Made by a program: the position numbers and the translations under genes | Shown: piece after piece, positions 1 through 13,776 of the stretch | Layout: each line of letters opens with the position of its first letter | How positions within the stretch are numbered: position 1 is the stretch's first letter | Notes under the pieces: model-generated | What the model was told of the DNA's origin: nothing | What the model saw: only the letters and a program-made list of their open reading frames with translations | Databases searched by the model: none | NCBI GenBank assembly: GCA_900088475.1 | Contig: FLMG01003675.1 | Location: 1-64,000, forward strand | DNA: 64,000 nt | DNA from: Hyphochytrium catenoides | Taxonomy: Eukaryota; Protista; Hyphochytriomycota | Direction of reading: 5' to 3'

Positions 1-1429
1 TAAGCTGACGTTATGTGTATTGCCCCCTATGTCCTCATAACATGCTATGTTAGCTAAACCTTATGGTTGATAAATGGCTTTGACTAAGGATCCCTTTCTA
101 GCTCTGATTTACCTTTACTATTACCTATTTTTGCCGCTCAGGTCTAACATCTTGATCTCTAGGACTCAATATATCTCTGGAAGCGGCTGATTTGGGTAAC
201 ATCGTGTCCACTCTCAACGCCTTCCGTAAGGTGAGGAACGAAATCGTCTCGCCTCGCCACTAAAAGAGGTTAACCAAGGGCTGGGAATGTGCAACCTTCC
301 AGGCGGTTAACGACACGACGGGAGGAGACTCGGCGCACAGGTGAGATCAAATGGTAGATTTGAAAAGGGGATAATAGAGGCTGGATGGGAGAAGAAAGGT
401 TGCGAGGTCTGTTAGAAACCTTGGTCTAAGGAAGTTTGGGCGTTCTTCGTTGGTGCAGCAAACCTTCAATCAGTTCCGGGCAGCTGCAGCCTGAAAGCCA
501 AACATCACTTCTCGCTCTGAAAATTGTCGCCAGTTACGATGTATGTATTTTTCCATCCCTTGGCCTCATTCTGTTGCAGCACGGTGGTACACTCTTCTCT
601 ACCCCATCATACCTCTCCCTTTCTACTATGTGCCTTCGCCAAAGTTCGATATGTTGTCGCGTCTCTTAGACTCCACCTTTGGGCGTCTCTCCTACCTATT
701 TTGCGGTACAATCACCTGCCACTCAGCATGTGACTTACGTTTTTCTCCAGGTCCATAGTTTCAGGCTATCAACGGGTTGCGACGTAAGAATTCGTCTCCC
801 TCAAGAAGATGGGCAAGGCATCTATTGCCTTCATCTAAGCTGTCCGAGTGTTATCATAAAGAATGCTACCAAGCAGGATGGTCTGCAGGAACTCTCGGCT
901 GAGTGCCAAAGCGTCACGGTTCAGCTAAATGAGACACGGTTCCCGGTCAATAGACCCCACGTATTGGGAGAGGGAGATGGGGGCAGTAACCACGCTGATG
1001 GTACATCAGCTATGGGAAGAGAGCTTCATGACGTTACTGTCTGGCCTGTTGTTGAGTTCCGGCCTGATAAGGAACAACCGGGGCTCCAAATGAGTGTTCT
1101 CTATCTTTACAATGGAAAGGAAGGGGATCGACGAGGATTATCTGCCCCAAGAACAGTTCCCAAACCTATCTTCCGCTGCATTGCCCAACGGGTGAACTTG
1201 GCTGCTTCCTCCACTTGCGATATATTTTTCGAGTCTTTGGCGGGCGAAGTGATTCAGGTCCACAGCTCTCCTAACTATTAGCCCAGTCTCAAGCCTTACC
1301 ATCTCCTTTTCCTTTTTTCCATGATCTGGGCATAGGCATTGCTGCCGCCTATCTCACTAAGACAAGTCTACTTAGAACTCCGATTTAGTTCTTACCTGCT
1401 TCTACCTTGATTCATTTGTGTTCTATCTC

Positions 1430-4400
1430 TGTAGGAAGCGAACATCCACATGATGAAGTGCGCTCTGTGCTATGCTATGGTAGAGATTGACGAGTTGGAA
1501 CTGCATCGGTGCAACAGTAGGCGGCTCCAGACTCAAGACTTCGGATTGTGGGAGGTATTTGATGCCATCATCTCCTGCCAGTGCTTCACCATAGTCTCCT
1601 CCGTGGACTATCTCCACACGCACCTCTCTGAGAGACGCGCGAAACGACGGGGTTGCGAAGAGCACAATGGGAAGACGAGTACCACCAATATGGAAGATAG
1701 ATTTGCGATCAAGACAGAGTTTCGGGGTATCGAAATCAGGAACACCAGGCGTGAGAGTAATGAGCATACTGCCGGTGGGTCAACATCGAAATGCCGGCTC
1801 CATTTTGCTGTCAGCTCTAAAAGGGTTGCACCTCTCTGCACTATTAAGGGAATGAGATCTACCACCGTATATCCTAACGACGGCCAGGCTGTTGCAAAAC
1901 GATTGTCATTCCGCTTCTATGACTCTGTATTCTGCGTCCATAGTTGGTAGTTCTGCTTCTCGACCTTGACCAGCAGTGCCAAGCGTTATAGAGACCCGCT
2001 TTCTTTTTATCATCGTGTCGTACTGGGGCCTAGTTGCTTCGTTTCGAGCTAACCTTTTCCGTCATTTCACAGTTGTTCCACTGTTTCCAGTTGCCCTAGC
2101 TTTGCTTGCCAATCGTTCTCGGAAGTATCGATTGCGGTAAGGTCTTCAACACGTTTATGTGAGGCAGTGATTGGCTCACTTCCATATCATCTGCTTCGTC
2201 TTGGCCATAAACCTTAGTAACATTGAATGCGTCTCTACATGGCGCTAAAACAGGGATATAGTGTGGCCTTTACAGTGGACCATCTCCATCCAACAATGTA
2301 TTTCCTCCATAGACCGGTCAGACGACTCAAAACGGTAGGAGTAATGAGAGTCTCTCTATCAATTCACCGGTCTCCCCTACACAGAAAGTGAGATCATTTT
2401 TTCGCTGACTACCTTCTTTCTCCACACTCTCACATCTTATATAGAAACCCTTCAATCATGAGGTTAGGGAATATTCAAACAGTTCTAAGCATCCACGACG
2501 CTCGCCATCTACCGCGGTTTTGGCGGACACTACGACAGGTGGCTAATTCACCAGCAATTATTCTTACCGCTTGCGGCCCCAATTAGGGCTCTTAGCAGAT
2601 CAACAGCCTTCGGTTGAGCTCTATTGATGCTTGCACTTTTTTGGGGCATGTTATGTCTTCCAGCATGTTATTGTTTTGGAATCCACTCCGGCCTGCCTTC
2701 CCTTGAGTCTCTCTGTCTCTAATCTTTAACCATCCAGGTTACTAGCGCCTGTGACATAGCTTCCATCACTATCGAAGCAGGAGAAGACTTTTTTCCAATA
2801 TGCAGCCACCTTTTTGGCGCGGAAGTGAACGAAATGGATCTCCATCCTCTTAATGGAGAGATATCCGATAGCTTTGTTTATATGGAGGGCCTCAAGTTTC
2901 TTGTGTCAGTCAAAGCAAGAGAACTGCTCCTGCATCTGACGACATCCTCCACCCATTTGCACTTCCACACCCACACTGCGGAGCTGGTGGTAGACAATCA
3001 CTGTGGAAGCATTATGTATGCTCTGGACATGGCAGACAGCTCTCTGCTAGGAGGTAAAGTAGGGAGCAGACCGCTGCATCCCGAATATTATACCAGTAGG
3101 GAGCTCCTGGGTACAGCACCAAGTCCTAGTCTTCGCGGTGCGTGGAATGGAGGTTTCCCTGTCACCTTCAGTTAATTCCTTATTGTTGAGGCTAAGTAAA
3201 AGATCTTCCTCGTTACCGTAGCTTATTTGATACTAGATCTATGGATTGCGGCCTCTAACACTCTCATTCTCTCTATTCTTCTCCAGTTACTAGACGAGAG
3301 GGAAGACGGCCACTTCGATATGTGAGTTGAGTCAATTTAGAATATCGCATAGGCCCGCCCCTCATCACTAACGAGTCTATACTAACCTCTCTTTCCCGAC
3401 ACTATTCAGCACCCTCGTCTTCACTCCGACGAGGCTGAATCCGTTTGCTCCAAAGACGTAGAAGCTCTGTCGGTGCACGAGCTTCGAAGGGAAGTTTGTC
3501 GTCTCAGAGAAGCCGTGTCCAAGGTCTCGACAAGGTGAGAGGACCAGCTATCATCACAAGGTAATTAACAGTCTCCACCCGTCTGACGTTTGTAACTCCC
3601 AGACAACTCTTTCTTGCAGTGACAGTCCAGATCATGGGTGTCAGGCTGCTTATCTCCGCTCGCACGTCGTCTTCTGTGGACTGGCTGATCAAGGAGACAC
3701 GGAGACGGTGCGTTCGGCGCAGAGCAGGACTACCCCCGCTAAAATCCCTCATACTGCTTGCTTCTTAAAACCACAGCAGAATGGGTCCCTGGCTCTAAGC
3801 TAGTTCTCTTCTTCACTGCCATAATGTTGTCTTCAAGGTTTGAAGAGTTGAGGGCTGCACCGTCTGTAAGAGGGAACACTCTCCAGCTGTATACCGAAAG
3901 AGGGGAAATATTACACCCCGATGATAAGGTAGGACATTTTTGGAGCCCTTAGACAGCTTCTGGTTGATGGAAGCTATGCTGCGGCTGACAGACAGATGCT
4001 AAAGACATGATGAAGACGGCTTAGAGATAGAGACTCCATTCTAGCTCCATCATAATCATGTCCACAGGAAAAATCAAGTATATGTCGAGAACCATAGCTT
4101 GGCAACCTGACTCACCTCATACTTTCTATCATCCAGCTGGGCGTCGTTTGTTGGGATGGGCAGCTCTTGCTTGCGAAGTCTCGGGACGATGACAATGGAA
4201 ATGCAAGCATTCTCCTTACAGCTACAAATACCACACCCGCCATGGTACCGGTAGGTTGCGCCAATCCCGCATACTACCCTCCTTTTCCCTCCATGCGCGT
4301 GCGGATAGCTAACCGTAATTAACGTCTACTCGCGTTATCTGCCTTTTCATGAAGGGCTGTCCCTTGCTCTTTTGCCCTTAGTACGTTTTGACTCTTGTTT

Positions 4401-5330
4401 TGATGCAGGAGAGCCCGTCTTTAGAGTCGATGCATGGACACGGGCAATCTTCAGCTCTGCCATTTGCAGTTCCCCTCCCTCTTGTCTTCGCTGCTTTTCC
4501 GAATATCCCTGGCACAGAGATATCGGGTCTGCAGACACTAGTTGCTAGCGTTAAGGCCACCGATTGGCCTCCTGTTGTGCTAGAGGTGCAAGGTTTTAGA
4601 CCTGTCGCCTCGCACATGACCGAGATACAGCTTCTTCCTGCTCTTCGTCTCCTTTCCATTGATGTGCTGGTCATGCTTTCCAAAGTCTTTGGAGTCTCGG
4701 ACCCCTCTCTTCGCGCTCTGTCGCACCAAAGCAGCTCTCTCTTAGCCGCGGTCCTGGCAGAGAGGTTACAGTTGTCTCATGGACAGAGGTCAGAGCTCAT
4801 TGACCTTGGTGGGAGTGATACCGAGCACGATGTTAATCAGGTGTGGCAAAACTGTTAACACACCCTTGACCGCTCCCAGCGATTGTTTGAAGGAAAATAA
4901 TTCCTGTTTCTTTCTATCAACCAATTGGCACGATGGTTCTTCTTGCTCCAACTTGCTTTGTTCTTCATCTCTCCCTTACCTCTTTAACCCTTATTCTTCT
5001 TTTATCTACATGCGTGCTTCTGACTTGTCGGCACGTGGCATATACACTCTTCTCACGCATATCAGAATTCTATATCCGTCCTCGCTTTGTTCTTCATCCC
5101 TCCCTTACCTCTTTAACCCTTATCCTTCTCTTATCTTGTACTAGCTTCTGGAGACTTTCGCAAGCAACCAGTGCGAGGATGACTTCTTTCCTGAGTCCAT
5201 GGCCGCCTATGGATTGCCAGGAACCCCAATAGGGTCAGACGAGCTGGCTGGTGCTCCGACGGCAAGATCTGAGGGGACATCCGACCATGGCTCAGAGCCC
5301 CTGCTAGAGATAACGTTAGAAGGTAGCTAA
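1430..5330 (+). CDS. Multi-exon protein with a TONSL/Par3-N-type ubiquitin-like domain and a possible C2HC zinc finger; 5' end unresolved, probably upstream of 1430 or outside the window
   Basis: In-frame exon chain with GT-AG borders at about 2738-3053, 3288-3322, 3410-3534, 3603-3707, 3838-3928, 4137-4250, 4409-4840 and 5145-5330 (TAA). Spliced segment VTVQIMGVRLLISARTSSSVDWLIKETRRRFEELRAAPSVRGNTLQLYTERGEILHPDDKLGVV has the V.WL..E...R ... G.IL.PDD pattern of beta-grasp UBL domains. Putative exon about 1434-1553 encodes CALCYAMVEIDELELHRC; its linkage to the rest is not certain. Confidence 0.55.
4955..5130. repeat. About 45-bp imperfect direct repeat (2 copies) inside an intron
   Basis: gctttgttcttcatc(t/c)ctcccttacctctttaaccctta occurs at about 4955 and about 5084. 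Confidence 0.85.
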
Positions 5331-5919
5331 CTCAGCTGTCCAATGTCGGAGTCTTCGTGGCTTCTATTGCTATCCTATGACCCCCCAACCGTACATCCAC
5401 AAACCGAAACCACGGTGTCCCCCTTATGATACTTTATCTGCATCAACTTCAGGATCCACTGGAGTGCAAGACTAGGCATAGGTTCACATCGCTCAAGAGG
5501 ATCCACTTGTAACTTACTAAAATCTCAAAGTTCACTAGTTCTCATAGCTCAGAAGTATAAGTTGTGTACATGGCTTACACTCTTGGGTCTTTAGCATCAG
5601 AGAATAACGGTGCAGACGACATTGTCTCTCCAATTACTTTTGATAACGAGCGCCTCTGTGCCTAACCTCTAATCTACCAAAACAAAGCGCACACTTTAAA
5701 ACTAGACTCGCTCCTCCCATTCCTTTCTCTCTCATAACCTAAAACTATTCGGGTTGCTCTTCTCCTGGCTGTCGAGCTCAAGAGAGGTCGCAATGGGAAG
5801 CGGCGTATGTACAACTAGGCTAACCAGACAACAACACGTCGGCAGGCCCTCCGATGACATGACTTACTCGTGGGCCTGCCTCGTCCGTACAGCAGCTGCC
5901 TCGCCTACTTCCAACGTGG

Positions 5920-8329
5920 CTAGAAAGTGTCCTCTCGCGGGGCAGTAGGCTGCGTTACTCTACTTTGAGCCTCCACATTTTGATTCGCTATGAAGTCCAG
6001 ATCATCACGCAGACTACTCTGGCCGCTAGTTGCGGTTGCATTCTGAAATGCTGCTCTGACGGATTCTCTAAGTGCAGCCGAGTCGCGGGGCATTGTTGGG
6101 GCAGGAGGCGGTCTGGAGCGGTTATCGAGGGTAGTATAGGCCATCATTTGTGTGGCTTCAGCCATTTCCATTGAGAGGTCGTTGTTAGCACTGTCCCTCA
6201 GGCCCTTGGCACCTGGATGTGGGGGAGATGGGCTCCCTTGCGAAGGAACATCGTCCATTGACCCGAGGTGAAGAGAGTTGCCCCCTGATCCTACAGAGTA
6301 CACCTCGTCCTGTCCTGGAGACTTGGAACGAAGAGCTGCCAACTGCCCTGCGGCTCTTTCTTCCCGCACTAACGGATCCATGCTCTCAGGAGGTTCTTCG
6401 GGGAACGAGTCGAAGTATGGGTTGTTATACCGCTGGTCGTTGAATATCATAGACTGATAGTCGTCATCAATCACAGTCTCTGTGTCTGATCCGTACTCGA
6501 AAACGGTGTCTTTGTCTGAGTCATTAGCCTTGAAGCGCAGAAGACAAGGCTTTTCCACCGTCTTCAAGAACTCCATCGTGTTTGCAAACCCTAGGTCTGC
6601 TGTATGCTTATCGTTCACAGACAGCAGCATATCCTGCGGTGACATCTTGGTGATATCAGGGTATGTCCCTTTCCCGGTAAGGCGGGCGATCACTGGACAG
6701 CGAGACATCCTATCTTCCTTCATTGTGAAGCCCAACGGCCCATATTCCCATACAACACGATAGACACCGGGAGGATCTGCAGATTGCGGGATGGGTTCAA
6801 TAAGCTTCAGTTTGGCTTTCGCCTTGAACCGGAGAACTGCAGGCTTCTGCACGGTGGCAAGAAACTGCAGTGCTCTTTTGAAGCCCATCTGCAAGGTGGG
6901 CTTGTCGTTCACATAGAGCAGCTCATCTCCCACTTTACAGTCCTTTACAAAAGCCATGTCGGGTGTGGCAGTTATCTTCGCGATAATAGGGATGTTCTTG
7001 TCGGGGTGACGCCTCATCGAAAGGCCCAACCGACCCTTTTCCCAAAGTATATCGTACTCACCCTGTCCCAGCGGAGGGACAAACACATTCTCACTAGATA
7101 CAGGGGTAGGAGGAGCCATCTGCATTGGCCCCATGCCTGCGAATGAGGAGTTCCCGCCGATTATAAAAGATGGACCTCCTGCCACAAAGGAGTTGCTCGT
7201 CACCACAAAGGAGTTTCCAGTCCCGCTCGGACTGCCGTGACCACCGTAGCTTGGAGAAGGAGAACCAGCAAGCCTTGCCCGTTTAAAACGCAGCACTACG
7301 GGCCTAGGAACAGTGCTTAGAATCTCTAGTACTTGAGTGAATTGGTAGGAAGTGGTCATCTTCTCGTTGATGCACACAAGGTAGTCTCCAGACACAACTT
7401 TGTCTAAATCGGGAGAAGTTCCCTTTCCTGTTTTCCTAGCAACAATTGGCATCCCGCTAGGGTGCGCTTTGATGGAGATGCCCAATGGCCCATGCTCCCA
7501 AAGGATCTGACACCACCAATAGTGGTTAGAATGAAGAACATTGATTAGAGCAAATCTCCGACAAAATTAGGGTGAAGAGTTCTCTTACCTCATATTCTCC
7601 GTTTTTCAGAGGCGGCAGGATCACCTTTGCTGGGGCTGGTCTCGCTAATGTTGGTGCTGGCGGGAGCCCAATGAGAGAACCTTGAGGCGATGAATTATTT
7701 GACGTTCCCATCGTCGGAGACGAACCACTAAAACTGGGCGCAGACATGGAAGGGGTTGAGATAGGAGAAGGCATTGCAGTCGATCCATCACGACGGAACT
7801 TCAACACGCAGGGCTTTTGACAGGTCCTAAGGATCTGCATCACCTCCTCAAACGTATGGTCTCGCGTAGGAATATTCTGCACAGAGAGGAGTATGTCTCC
7901 AGACGAACATTTCTGTATGTCAGGGGACGTCCCCTTCCCTGTGAAGCCTGTAATCATGGGAACCCCGTTGGGACTTCTTCTAAGAGTTATTCCCACTGGT
8001 CCTCCTAGTGGCATAGATGACGTGATAACATTGGGTTAAAAGAACAACCGCTGGCAGGGACATAGAGAACGGAGCAACAAGTCCCAGAGATCTAGCGCAT
8101 GTGGCGAGGAAAAAGAGCGGCTATCTTCTTAGGCAACCAAAATCAGGTAGTGCAAGCCAAAGTTGAAAGCTACGAAACCTTAGCTCATACCTGGCCATAG
8201 AAAATCGTATTCTTCGCTGTTTCTCTGGCCGAAACCCCCGTCCCCTAACATCGGGCGACCAGGCGCGTAAGCCCTAGGCAGGTCCGTCAGGGAGCTGCCT
8301 GAGGAACTAGACTGATGTGATATTCTCAT
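5920..8329 (-). CDS. Four-PDZ-domain scaffold protein (3 exons: 8329-8191, 8004-7589, 7506-5920)
   Basis: Four repeats of Y.(I/V).W..G(P/R)(L/V)G ... (G/Q)D.L(L/V).(V/I)(N/Q) ... (K/R)P.(V/L)L(R/K)F, the PDZ carboxylate-binding loop and core. Splice phases join correctly. Low-complexity C-terminal tail. Confidence 0.85.
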
Positions 8330-8551
8330 GATAAATAGGGTAGCGATAAAATCAGATCGGCTTAGAGCTTCTTCTTCTTCCCAAATGTGGAACAGAGAGT
8401 CTCTCACTGCAGCAGGGCAGCTTTGAAAAGAAGACAGCGGACACGGGCCCTATGCGACGCCTGCCCGTCTCAGGAAGTGGAACCTTAAATGACAGCCGAT
8501 AAGGCTCGTAGGTGCCATTGCTGCCAGGTCACCATGTTCAGTTAGCACTAA

Positions 8552-10130
8552 TCACTGTTTGAAGACCCAGTCAGGGTGAGAGGACTCTGTATATCCTAAT
8601 TTTTGAGTTATGTCGTGCGCTATCGTCCTTCCATCCCTTCCGTAGGCAGTAAAGATCTCAGGCTTCCGCTTAGACGTCACAGCCTCTGGTCGGTTATAGG
8701 CCTCAATCAAAGAGTAATGACGGCTTATTACGGGCCCAATGTTCAGGATGAAGCCGTACCAAAACTTACTAGTAGAGTATGAGAGGCAGGCAGGGTATAG
8801 CGAGAGTTGAACCGCACTCACTCGCACTCAATAATAATGGCCTATCCGCAGTCATAGCGCCCGCCACTCTCCGCCGCGCTCCCTTCCTTATGAGTTCCTC
8901 CCGTAGGTTGGGCCCTCGTCTCTCTCGCTTATTTCTTGGCGCGCTCTGTCTCTCGGATTTGCAGCAGGCTAAGCTATCTCGCACATTCTCTGTCTGACGA
9001 CAGTGTATGGTAATATACTTATTTGGTCTGTATATACTTTCCTTTCTGTTTCGTTTGGTCCCTGTCTCTCCGCAAATGGTCTCTTTTTGTCGCCTCCTGA
9101 AGGCAGTTTGTGTGGGCTGATAAGAGTGCGGCTTATATATTATGTTAGCACTTACAGAAGGAGCTCTTTGGGTCACCGAGGCTACCTAATCCTTCGCCGC
9201 CGCTCGGGTGCGTCAAAGTCAGAAGCAATACAAGCAATACCCTCAGCCTCCTAATCCTAAACCTTGGTAGCTGAGCCCAGCGTCTTGGGCAATTCTTGTT
9301 AACCCACGGGGGCAAATATAATAATACGTCACACCATGCCAATATAACCATGTACCTCAATAGCTGATCCCAGTAGTAATACTGCTGGCCTGTGGATTCA
9401 TCCTATACGCCAAAAGGGACGGCAAGACAGAAAATTGCTGGTACGACCAAACTCCTCGCTCCATAGACTGTGGGTTTGATCTTCTCCCTTATGTCGCTAT
9501 TGTCCCAGTCAAACTCAAGTCTCTTCACAAGGAGAAACAGGTTATCCTCTCTTACCTTTCCACAAGGCGGATGATGGGTGGGGGAGCCTCTCTCTGGCTC
9601 CCTACCCGCAACATTAGCTTGTTTGCTATTCTTGTGTAACTCCTCTTCGGTGTGTCGTGGAGACAGTTTGTGAAGAGACAGGAGATATTAGTGCGCTAGA
9701 CTGACCAAGAACGAGACAGAGTGAGATAGATAGGCCCAAAAAGGTGCGACTGCATCTGCACGTTTTGCAGTGCTATGGATTCGATCTTCATGAAGCCTTG
9801 CGTCCCCTAATTCACTACGAGCAGATAAAGACCTCCAACGTGTCGCCTTATCTAAGGATATCTTTGCTATCAACACGCTCTTACGTCCTCAGACCATCAC
9901 GTAAACTTTTTCCATAGTTGCTGAGAAGTGATTGTTTGTTCATATCACGTCTTCCTTCTGTTGGTCCCCGCTTTTCTTGAGGAAGACTCGGGTTCACTGA
10001 GAGATGCTCGTTTGTGTAACAGACAGATGGGAGAGACGATCATCTCATGGCAATTATGGAGCGCCTTTAACTTCTATCGCTGGACCAGTCGTTCTAAGAG
10101 GAGAAGGCATCATTTTATTATTGATTGATA
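8552..10130 (-). CDS. Possible small multi-exon gene of unknown function
   Basis: Several short segments with splice-like borders; the last would read KFWYGFILNIGPVISRHYSL...HPDWVFKQ*. I could not build a consistent phase chain. Confidence 0.25.
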
Positions 10131-10359
10131 TCTGCTGCCTCCATGCTACAATCACCTATTATATGGTGAGCTCACATCACCTTGTGTGTGCCGTCATCCC
10201 TATCTTTCTGGCTACTCTTGATTCTCTCTTGCATACACTGTGATGGCAAGAGGAGGCAACTGGAATAAAAATTAGACCTTTATGATGATGTACCTTACAC
10301 GTAGGTTTAGCTGCTGTTTGACACTAGGAGGAATTCTTCACCTGCTCAATCAACTGTCT

Positions 10360-12628
10360 TTAGACTTTGAAGCCTCCCACAGGCATGAGGTCTTTAGGCT
10401 TTGTAGTCCGTGCCTTTAACAATGGGCCCATTCTCTTTACTCCTCGCTGTATGGCCTTTTCTAACTCTAGGTCAGCAGCATCCTCCAGAAGCTTCTTCTC
10501 ATGAGCCATGGTCTTCATCATGTCCTCATGAGTTTTCAGATTGTCTGCTCTCTCAATCTGTTGTCGTTGATCCCGACAGTAATAGAGTGTCGAGGTCCGT
10601 CATGAATCAACACAAATGCCATTAGATAAGTTCATCTCCAGCTAGACAAAGGCTAAAGGCCATGAGGATCTCCTACCTCCTTGGCAACCTTTCTCTGGCG
10701 GGCTTGCATTAGCCGGAATGCCTCCAGCTCCTGCGCTTCCAGGCGCTTTTCCTGCTCCTCTAAAACTTCATCTACAGCGGCCTCTTGCAAGAACACGTTC
10801 CATTGCCGAGCGTTCTCCTCTGCTTCTTTCACGTCCTATGGTCCCATCAAGATGCATTAGGAAATTGTTTAGGTGGATTGTTGAAGGCTGTCCCCAACAG
10901 CGTTCTTCTTTGGGTACAATAACATGTCCTTTTACAATCCCTAACCTGATCCTTTTTCCGTTTCTTCATATCAATCTGCAGTCTTCTGCTCCTATCAATG
11001 GCTTTTTCCAGGTTCTTTCGCCTTTCCTCGCTGTTGATGTATGAGGTGCAGAGGCCGGTACAGAGACAGTAGCGTCAATGAGATGAACCGTTCAGTGCTT
11101 GAAAGGATAAAGGTAGTGTTACCGCATCTGCATCTCCCTGTCTTCTTTCGCTTTAGTCTCTTGTACTTGGTTCTCGAGGATCTCCTCGTTCTGCTTCTTA
11201 ATCTTAAGTAAGTTCTCCGTGGCCTACAAGCGCAAAACAACCGTCACACCAAGTTAGAGTACAAAGTTTCGCAGCATAGTAGTCTTGATGAAGGCTGCAA
11301 GAAGCGTAAGTATTCACCGCGTCTATCAGCTTCTGTTTCCTCATTAGCTGGGCATCGAAGCGCTCTTTGGCTTTGGCCTTCTTCCGCTGTTCCATCAGCT
11401 CCTTCTGCTCCGCGATCAGCTTTCTCCTTTCCTCCTCTTCCTCCTCTTTCCGCGCCTCCAATTGCTTGAGCTTCTGGAGTTCCGAGTTCGCTTGTCTTGT
11501 TGCTTTATGACAAAGTAACCAGCGCGGTTGAAGTATAACACACAAAAATAGAATGAATAATGCGCTGAGGTCAAAGTCTACTATCGATGGCACGAGTTTT
11601 TGGATGAGAGACTACCTTCGCTCGCCATCCGATATTGCCTTCGCCGCTCCTCTTCAGCTTCGCGGTCTTCTCTTTGCTCTTCAAGGCTCTTCTGCACTAC
11701 ATGCTCACCCTGCCTCTTCTCCTGCAGCAACCATTCCGCTTTAGCAACCGCAACCAACATCCATACGGTGACCCCATTTGTCTTGTCGTCGTACCTCTTG
11801 CAGTCTCTGTATCTGCCTCTGCTTGAACTCTTCCTGTTGAACGTCCAAACTTGCTTTCACCTCGTTAACGCCCTGCTTCCGGATCAACTCTTTCTTTTTC
11901 TCATTCCTGTCATACTCTTCTATCGACTTCTTTACTTGTTCTTCCCATTGCTGCTCTCTCCTCTTCTGCCACTCCACCTTCAGCTCCCGCTCCTCTATTT
12001 GCTGCTCGCGGTCCTGAAAAAAGGACAAAGAAGAGAGTGAGTCTGGCAAAATATTGTCCATGAACGTGTTACCTCAACGCTGTTCTTTGTGGGCTCATCC
12101 GATTTCGTTGAGCTAAGAGTGGATTTCCGACATCTTTGCGCCTGGCTCCTACCTGAAGAACGTCTACTAGTAGCTGCTGCGTACGTAGGTTTTTAATGAG
12201 GTCCGTCTGCTCAATAACTTTTCGCTTGGCAGCCTCAATCACAACACTTCTCTCTTCCTCCTGCCGCTGTAGTTCTAGCTGATCCATTCTTTGCCGCTCC
12301 TGTTCCAGCTTTTCTTCCATCTCCTTCTTCCAGTTTTCCTACGTGAGCCAAATAGGGACGAAGAGAAGAGAAGAAATACAATTTACTGACGGCAGCTGAA
12401 GTAAGAACCTTTGATGTACCATACCCTTCGCTTGCGGATCGCTTCCACCGTGTCCGGCCATGCTGCGGTTCGGTCCTCCGACTTTTTCTTCAACGACAAT
12501 CTCCGGCTCTCCGTGTCCTTAAGGCTGGGGGCAACTACACTGCTCTTGATGCGATCTAACTCTTGCTTTGAGATCACCCCTACACGCTTGTTGTGTGTCC
12601 CTCGCGTTGGGGTTGAGGGTAACTCCAT
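10360..12628 (-). CDS. CFAP210: CFAP210/CCDC173-like ciliary coiled-coil protein (trichohyalin-plectin-homology type), multi-exon
   Basis: N-terminus ...ISKQELDRIK...LKKKSEDRTAAWPDTVEAIRKR matches the family W.(N/D)T...R..K motif. Long E/K/R/Q coiled-coil exons follow, with last exon ...MGPLLKARTTKPKDLMPVGGFKV* (TAA 10362-10360). Start could be slightly upstream. Confidence 0.65.
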
Positions 12629-13776
12629 TCTTCCAAACTTATTCTTCGCCTCACTGCCTAGTTTGGATGTAGAAGCTCCTTTGCACAGAGCCTCAAAATC
12701 CAGCAGATGGTCCAATGGCGGGCACTGAAGACGGCTTCGGATGTCCTTCTTTAGAGTTCTGTTACCACTGTTTGGAGTTTGTAAACCGCAGCGATAGCAA
12801 TGGGCCTGATGATGGTCCGTGGGCTGATAATACGACGGTGCTGCGTTTTACTTACGACGTTCTCCTCCTCAGGCATCGGCTTCCACTGTTAGGCTTTTTC
12901 CGAAAAGATAAAACCTTCACACTCCAGCTCCCGGCACGAATTAACACTCTGCTTTCTTTTGCTGCTTCCTCTGTCTTCTTGGCAGCGTAGCATTGAGCAG
13001 CATAATAGGAGGAGAGGAGCGGTGAAGCCTAGCAATAACAATGAAACTCTGACTCATTCCAGTGGTTAAACCATTAGGTAGAACCTTGATGACTTCAGCC
13101 GTCGCACCATGAACAAGCCCAATAATTAAGGGTGCTATCTTAATCTCAATCTCTCGGCGGGAGCAAGAGCATCTTCTCTTTCGCTTTCCTCCTCCCTCAT
13201 CTTCCCCCCTTCACTCTTCATCATCAGTCCCGGCCTCTGCTTCCTCGTCACCCTATCGCCCTCCTCCTACAAAGTACTGGGCACTGACTGCCTTCCCAGC
13301 CATCATCACCCGACCACTCTCTTTCTCTCCTTCTCACTCTTCCCACTCAGGTTCCCACCTACGCTCTTCCTACAGAAATATCCGTAACGGACGCCTGTCT
13401 CTCTTCATGGGTGCCCATACAATATGGACCGCTAACGTCTACTCAGAGCCAACACCCTGAGAACGCCAGTAACGGCTAGCTAAGCCGGCACGTCTCTTCG
13501 TTTAGTTGCATCTCGCTCTGGTTGTTGGGGACCAGAACTTGTCGTCCACCTCGAAGTCGAGGCGACTGATAGAGCTGCTGCAGCTCGGACTCCCTTCTAC
13601 AATTGATCTCTATTGCTACCGCACGTTTCTGAAGATCACAGAAGGTCAAGCAACAGGAGTGCGTGATAGTGTTTCTGCTCCCCCAAGCCTTGTTTGGGGT
13701 GTCCGTGCTGTTCCGTGGTTATCATTAGTCTCTAGGGTGGCTCTCCTACTAGGAGTGGACCCATCTGGCAATTACA

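Noticed and set aside
3536-3538. In-frame TGA suggesting readthrough or selenocysteine in the first gene
   Set aside because: Removed by an ordinary intron (donor AG|gtgaga at 3535, acceptor cccag at 3602) that restores the frame.
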